Assembly: GCA_001643675.2 (NCBI GenBank)
Contig: LSRY02000019.1
Location: forward strand, 124,001-188,000
DNA length: 64,000 nt
Direction: 5' to 3'
Origin: Monocercomonoides exilis PA203
Taxonomy: Eukaryota > Protista > Preaxostyla
The position numbers and the translations under genes are program-made. This document shows positions 59,101 to 64,000 of the stretch, in pieces. How positions within the stretch are numbered: position 1 is the first letter of the stretch; the number at the start of each line of letters is the position of its first letter. The notes below the pieces were generated by a model. It did not search any database. It was given only the letters and a program-made list of their open reading frames with translations, and was not told the origin of the DNA.

Positions 59101-60510
59101 TTGAACAGTTCGTCACACTGAGTGTTGATGTTGAATGGATGAATGCACTTCTCCTTGAATTCAACTGACCTTTCACAGCAAATGAAAGTCTCCTCATTGT
59201 CAGCGAACTCGAACATCCAACAAGTCATTCTTGTGTGAATGATTTTTCATCATTCACTTCCACACTACCTCCAATCACATCCACAAATACACAATCAAAT
59301 CCATTGTTCACTCCAGCCTCTGAACGGAATGAGCATTCACTTATCACCAATTCTCCTCCTTTGTTTGAAATAATCGTTTTAGCTGAATTGTCAAATCCAG
59401 ATTTCAGTTGGAGTTGGATATTCGACAATTCTAGATGATCATCATTCACCATGTAATGGTCCAGCTGACTTCCAATTGCCTTTTCAAAATTCAATATCGC
59501 TTTCATATTCTCTTCTCCCATCTTTACACTCTTTTTGATCTGATAATTGAACATGTTGAATGAATCTCGAATAACAGTCGATCCATCAATCCGAATTGTT
59601 TTCATTCCACTTTCCTTTTCCGTGTTTTCCATCCATTTCTACATCGTTTGGCATGGTTCTTCCTCGCTTCTACATATCACAACATCAAATTCACTGTTAG
59701 AGTTAAATAAATCAAATTCAAACAATTCTTTTTTTAATGATAAAAAAAACCAAACTTTTATTTAGTACATGTTTTTATTTCTCAACATTGAGCTATTTTG
59801 TGTAAGTAATGTTTAATTTTGCAACATTGATTTATTTAAGCATGCCATGATCGAGCCTAATACAAAAAAATATTAATATACAAAAGAACAAGTAAATATT
59901 TGCAGGAAAATAGCAAAATAAATATTTATTTGATGAAAAGAACCATACAATACCTTTTGCGTTCCATTGCTACCAATTTTGAAATTTTAATCTTTCATCT
60001 TAACAACATGGAAGTGAAAATGCATGCGTTTGTGTCACTGATAATAAAAGCTGTTTTCAATATAAAACAAGTGCACATATAATAATATGTTAAATTTTAT
60101 ATATAAAAATGAAATGATGGCAAACTATTGAGTTCGATTTCATCTTAAACAGCATATTCAACTTTTCCAGACAAAAAAATTTTATTGTGGGTTAGATCAA
60201 AAATATTTAATAAAAAAATTTTTTATGATCATTATTGTTAATGATGAAAATTAACAAATAAAATATATTTATATTATAATAAAAACACATTGGACATGTA
60301 AAAATCACGTTTTCTTTACAATTTAAATATTTTTCAATGAAATTCATGTTTTTATGGGTCATTTTTCAAAAATCATTTTTTTCAACAAGAAAAATTTTTT
60401 TCAAAAAATCGGTCCATAAAAAGTTTTTAAATAATTATTATCTATTAATTTGTTATGATTTGAGGGTTTTAAAACGCAAATTGCAAAAGGAACGCGTTTG
60501 AACCTATGCC
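56105..60510 (-). repeat. Right arm of giant inverted repeat (4406 bp)
   Basis: Reverse complement of the left arm. Differences seen: G5 vs G4 run (about 52790/57462) and C/T at 51399/58853. Confidence 0.97.
56207..59694 (-). pseudogene. Captured surface-protein gene fragment (right copy; retains an 864-aa ORF at 56207-58801)
   Basis: Same sequence and same 5' stops as the left copy, but without the G-run frameshift. Confidence 0.8.
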
Positions 60511-61373
60511 CGAATATTATCAATATCTTTTATTTTCACATTTTTTGATCCGCAGACATTTTTGCTTGTTTTTCATTCATTTTTCATCGCATATAATCAC
60601 AGTGTTGAAAATATATAATCACATTTTTTTTATGAATCATTTTTTCATTGAAAAATCGTCTTTTAGATCAAAATTTTCAAATTTTCACTTTTTCAAAATT
60701 AAGATGAAATAATTCTGAATAATATGTATTAATAATAAAAAATGTTTTCGAAAGTGAAAATAGCGTTTTAATGAAGTATTTTCAAAAATAAAAAATTTAA
60801 CCCAATATTTATTAATTTATTTATATATTTTTATTTTTATTTTCTGTGTAAAGCAGCATCAGATATTATCACAACCGGATGAAGTCACAAAAAGTTGAGT
60901 GAAATCCGATGTGATTATTTCCGGTTTAGACTGCACTGCTCCGTAATACTCTAAACCAACATTTAATTCTTTCTGAGTTTGTTTTATTTATTGAAACCAA
61001 AAACCATTATAAAAACTGCAAGAAACAAAACCTATTTGTAATGAAAAAGAGCATTAGATATTTTACGGAAAGAAGTTCACTTTTCAAGAAGCCAATGAAA
61101 TCTTGGGTATGAATAATTCTTTACCGAAACCATTTTTTGTATGTCAATATGAAACGACCTATCTCGGGATGAAACTATCTTTTCGTCATAACTTAGTCTT
61201 TTCGATTTATTCCAATATTGTTACAGAACTATTTTTTTCTTTCACGAAAGAAAATGCTTTTCTTAATGAACGGAACAAAAAACAAAACGACGGGATCAAT
61301 TTATTTTTCTGAATCGAAAATAATTCATGAAATATTACATCGTTTGTCGTTGAAATTAGAAATAAGAAGATAT

Positions 61374-61629
61374 TGGTAATTATTTTTGAAATCATAAATT
61401 TTTTTGATGTGTTGATTTTTCAATTGTTGTTTGTCATTGAATAGAGATTTTGTATTTTTATGAATAATTTCATCAAAACCATTTCAAAAACAAATGAATA
61501 AGCTTATACTAGAATGAAGATATTCCTTATTAATGTTTTAACTTTCCAATGTTCTTTAGTTAATTTTCAAATGAAATTTTCGAACAGAAATTTTTGAAAG
61601 AAAAAATATGATTTCAAAAATAATCGCAC
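61374..61629. mobile_element. MITE family A copy (256 bp)
   Basis: tggtaattatttttgaaatcata ... tatgatttcaaaaataatcgcac. ATAT on the left flank. Same length as 25042-25297. Confidence 0.75.
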
Positions 61630-61639
61630 ATAATAAGTT

Positions 61640-61876
61640 TGATTATTTTTGAAAAGTCGCAAATGTTTAATTTTCAAGTAAATCAAAAATTTAATATTTT
61701 GCTAAATATTTTGTTAACACACATCTTTAATCACTAATACAAAATCTTTTTCTGGATGATGCTGTTTCGGACATTCCAAAGTAGGTTCGTGAGCGGAAAC
61801 AAAATTTTAAGCAAAATATGAAATTTTTGATTTATTTGAAAATTAAACATTTGCGACTTTTCAAAAAGAATTACCC
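61640..61876. mobile_element. MITE family B copy
   Basis: tttttgaaaagtcgcaaatgtttaattttcaa ... ttgaaaattaaacatttgcgacttttcaaaaagaattaccc, followed by ATAT. Colinear with 48220-48459. Confidence 0.8.
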
Positions 61877-62552
61877 ATATTATTAATTATTTATTGATAT
61901 TTATAATTTTAAAAAAAATTAAAGTCAAATCGAGGCATAAAAAAACCTGAAGAAGTAACCATAATCAGAAAAACCGAGCAAACAAATAATAAAAATGGAA
62001 AAAGAAAAATTAGTTATCTTCACTGCTTTTTTTCATTGGCGATGATTTCATCGGTTGAAAAATTTCGTTGTTTCGAATGTTCGTTGCACATGTTCTCTAT
62101 AAGTGAGGCACTTCTAATTCTTTTTATTCTTTCTCTGGAAAAAGCATTCGATTCTGACTTTTTTTCTTATAGCTTTTCTATCTCAAATTGATTCAAAAAA
62201 ATATATAGCTTCTCAAATAATCTATCATCTTCACACAAATCATATGCCTGAATATTTTGATTTCTCAGCCAAACTGCAATTTCGACATCTAACTTTGCAT
62301 CATCCAAATTATTTCTGTTCCTATTTGCACATTGCTTCCACTGCCTTTTAATTCTTCCGAAAAACCATCAACAGGAATCCGTTTCTTTGCCAATCTTTCA
62401 TTAAATGCAATTTCTTCTATCGTTTCAACATTTTTGATTGGTGTTATGACTTCAATTCTGTCAATAGCACCTTGATATCCTCTGTCTCCCATGACTTTCT
62501 AATGTTTAATTCCTTCATCCAACCCATATTTTTCTCTTTCGTATTCTGATAT

Positions 62553-62820
62553 GGGGGAAAATACGGACTTTCAAGCTTTTTTTGCACAAAGCAAGAAAAA
62601 ATTGCTTCACTCATAACTTTATTTTTGTTTCTCAGATTTCAAAACAAATTTTATTTTCAAATCCGTAAACAGGCATCGTTGAAATTAAATCATCAAGTTT
62701 TCCAATATTTCACGAATGTCAAAAAATGGACACATTTTTATTGTGTTTTTTGATCTTAAAAAGTCAATGAAAAGTGCATTATTTTTTTCTGAAAATGCTT
62801 GAAGCAAAATATTTTTCCCC
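62553..62820. mobile_element. MITE family C (268 bp, GGGGGAAAATA...TATTTTTCCCC) inserted in the transposase pseudogene
   Basis: Imperfect TIRs with ATAT on both flanks. Removing the element plus one ATAT restores the frame LEYLHI|SEYEREKYG...MGDRGY. Confidence 0.85.
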
Positions 62821-63358
62821 ATATATGTAAATATTCTAACAACGGCTGCAAGTCTCGTTTGAACAATGAGAAATCATGGATGCGACACTCTACAACTTTC
62901 GAAGCAAACAATGCTTCAAAAGGATAGCAAGCAGCAACTGCAACCTGGATTTTTAATCCATAAACTTTCTTATGCCCATCGCAGAGCAACTTCTGATTTT
63001 CAATACTGCTAGCTTGGTTGTCTGTTCTTATTGACGTTGCATCTACAAGTAGTGCAAATGTACCAAAAGATTCGTCTGTATCAGAATATTTACGTCTTCT
63101 TTTCTCCATGTTCATTTTTAACAAAACTTTTTACAGGAGTGGATGCATATGAATTATTGCATCAGAAATTATGTGGCTGCTTCTGTAAAACAAAAGCCCA
63201 ATTCTTGTTTGTGTTGTTCCAGAAGACAGCCATTCGATGAAATAAAGTATTTTGTCAGTAAGCGATAAGGAACCTTTTGGTCCTTTTTTCGGAGTCTGGC
63301 TTGTTTCGTTTTCTTGTTCGCAAATGATGCTGAATATTTGTTTTTCAGTTTATTTATA

Positions 63359-63808
63359 CAGTCTAAACCGGATATAATCACATCGGTTTTTGCACAACTT
63401 TTTGTGACTATATCCGATTGTGATTATACACGATGCTGTTTAACACAGGAAAAATTAAAAATAAATTTTTAAAATAATTAAAATTGGGTAGATTTTTTTA
63501 TTTTTGGAAATTCTTCACAAAAACACATTTTTCAATTAAAATAACAATTTTTTATGTTTGATTATGTTATTTTGACTTATTTAAACAAAATTTTGAAAAA
63601 GCGAAAAATCGGATTTTTTGATCAAAAAATCGATTTTTCATTGAAAAAATCACCCATAATAATAAAAACTGTGATTATATATTTGCAGCCCTGTGATTAT
63701 ATACGATGGAAAATGAATGAAAAACAAGCAAAAAATGTCGGTGCATGGAAAAATGTGACTATAGGCGAATGTGATTATATTCGACGTGATTATATCCGGT
63801 TTAGACTG
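63359..63808. mobile_element. pogo/Tc1-mariner-type MITE (450 bp, TA TSD)
   Basis: Perfect 23-bp TIR CAGTCTAAACCGGATATAATCAC. TA at 63357-63358 and 63809-63810. Internal GTGATTATA repeats. Confidence 0.9.
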
Positions 63809-64000
63809 TATCTATCAAATGATTTTTGTTTGCTTAAGTGATCAAATAGCTGTCCCTCTGGCTCAGGATCTGATAATTCTCTAATTTCAGTGTTCACAAT
63901 TTTCTTTTCAACGCTATCTTTATGTTAATCAGCTTTTCGAAAAGCCAAATCAAACGTGTCGTTTGTTTCTTTTCTGTAAACATCAGATCATTCAAAAAAA

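Larger units (their letters stand above)
49742..60510 (-). mobile_element. Merlin (IS1595-related) DNA transposon, 10769 bp, with 4.4-kb terminal inverted repeats
   Basis: Ends GGCATAGGTTCAAACGCG...CGCGTTTGAACCTATGCC. 8-bp TSD CGAATATT at 49734-49741 and 60511-60518. Central IS1595-type transposase. Confidence 0.95.
49710..60933. mobile_element. Older pogo/Tc1-like MITE split by the Merlin insertion (pieces 49710-49741 and 60511-60933)
   Basis: Joining across one TSD gives cattcaaactggatagaactacatcgaatattatcaatatc..., colinear with the reverse complement of the intact MITE 63359-63808. Right end gtgattatttccggtttagactg. Confidence 0.8.
62030..63900 (-). pseudogene. Decayed ISL2EU/PIF-Harbinger-type transposase (HTH_Tnp_4 + DDE_Tnp_4), interrupted by two MITEs; limits approximate
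   Basis: GPKGSLSLTDKILYFIEWLSSG (HTH), LLVDATSI, HKKVYGLKIQVAV, IHDFSLF, MGDRGYQG, FNERLAKKRIPV. Contains stops and a frameshift. Confidence 0.8.

Noticed and set aside
49742-60510. Giant inverted repeat as an assembly or foldback-read artefact
   Set aside because: Unique transposase core, Merlin-type ends, exact 8-bp TSD, a split MITE that rejoins across the site, and small arm differences all argue for a real insertion. Read-level confirmation is still needed.
60934-63360. The two pogo-like MITE copies as TIRs of one composite element around the ISL2EU-type transposase
   Set aside because: Each MITE has its own TIR pair, they are diverged from each other, and the right copy interrupts the transposase relic.
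63359-63808. Recurring GTGATTATA motifs as a CRISPR-like array
   Set aside because: Short and irregularly spaced; they match the TIR core, so they are subterminal transposase-binding repeats. Eukaryotic context with no cas genes.

Overview
Eukaryotic, AT-rich protist DNA using the standard code, with short (about 50-165 nt) spliceosomal introns that often have GTTTG donors. Composition and the captured Cys/Gly-rich repeat gene family point to the oxymonad Monocercomonoides (inference). Positions 1-41.2 kb are gene-dense: a STRAD-like pseudokinase absent from the ORF track, an intronless SWR1 remodeler, a SPRY protein, PINX1/Pxr1, a Tudor-knot protein, a secreted protein, a DPP III peptidase, and an 8-exon coiled-coil gene whose spliced N-terminus matches the synaptonemal-complex transverse-filament proteins ZYP1/SYCP1. 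Positions 41.2-64 kb are a nested transposon nest: a 6.8-kb hAT element with cargo, several MITE families, a decayed ISL2EU/Harbinger-type transposase, and a 10.77-kb Merlin transposon (GG...CC ends, 8-bp TSD). The Merlin's inverted repeats are 4.4 kb long, almost identical, and each carries the same captured host surface-protein gene fragment. All protein family matches are from recalled motifs and need confirmation by HMM or structure search.
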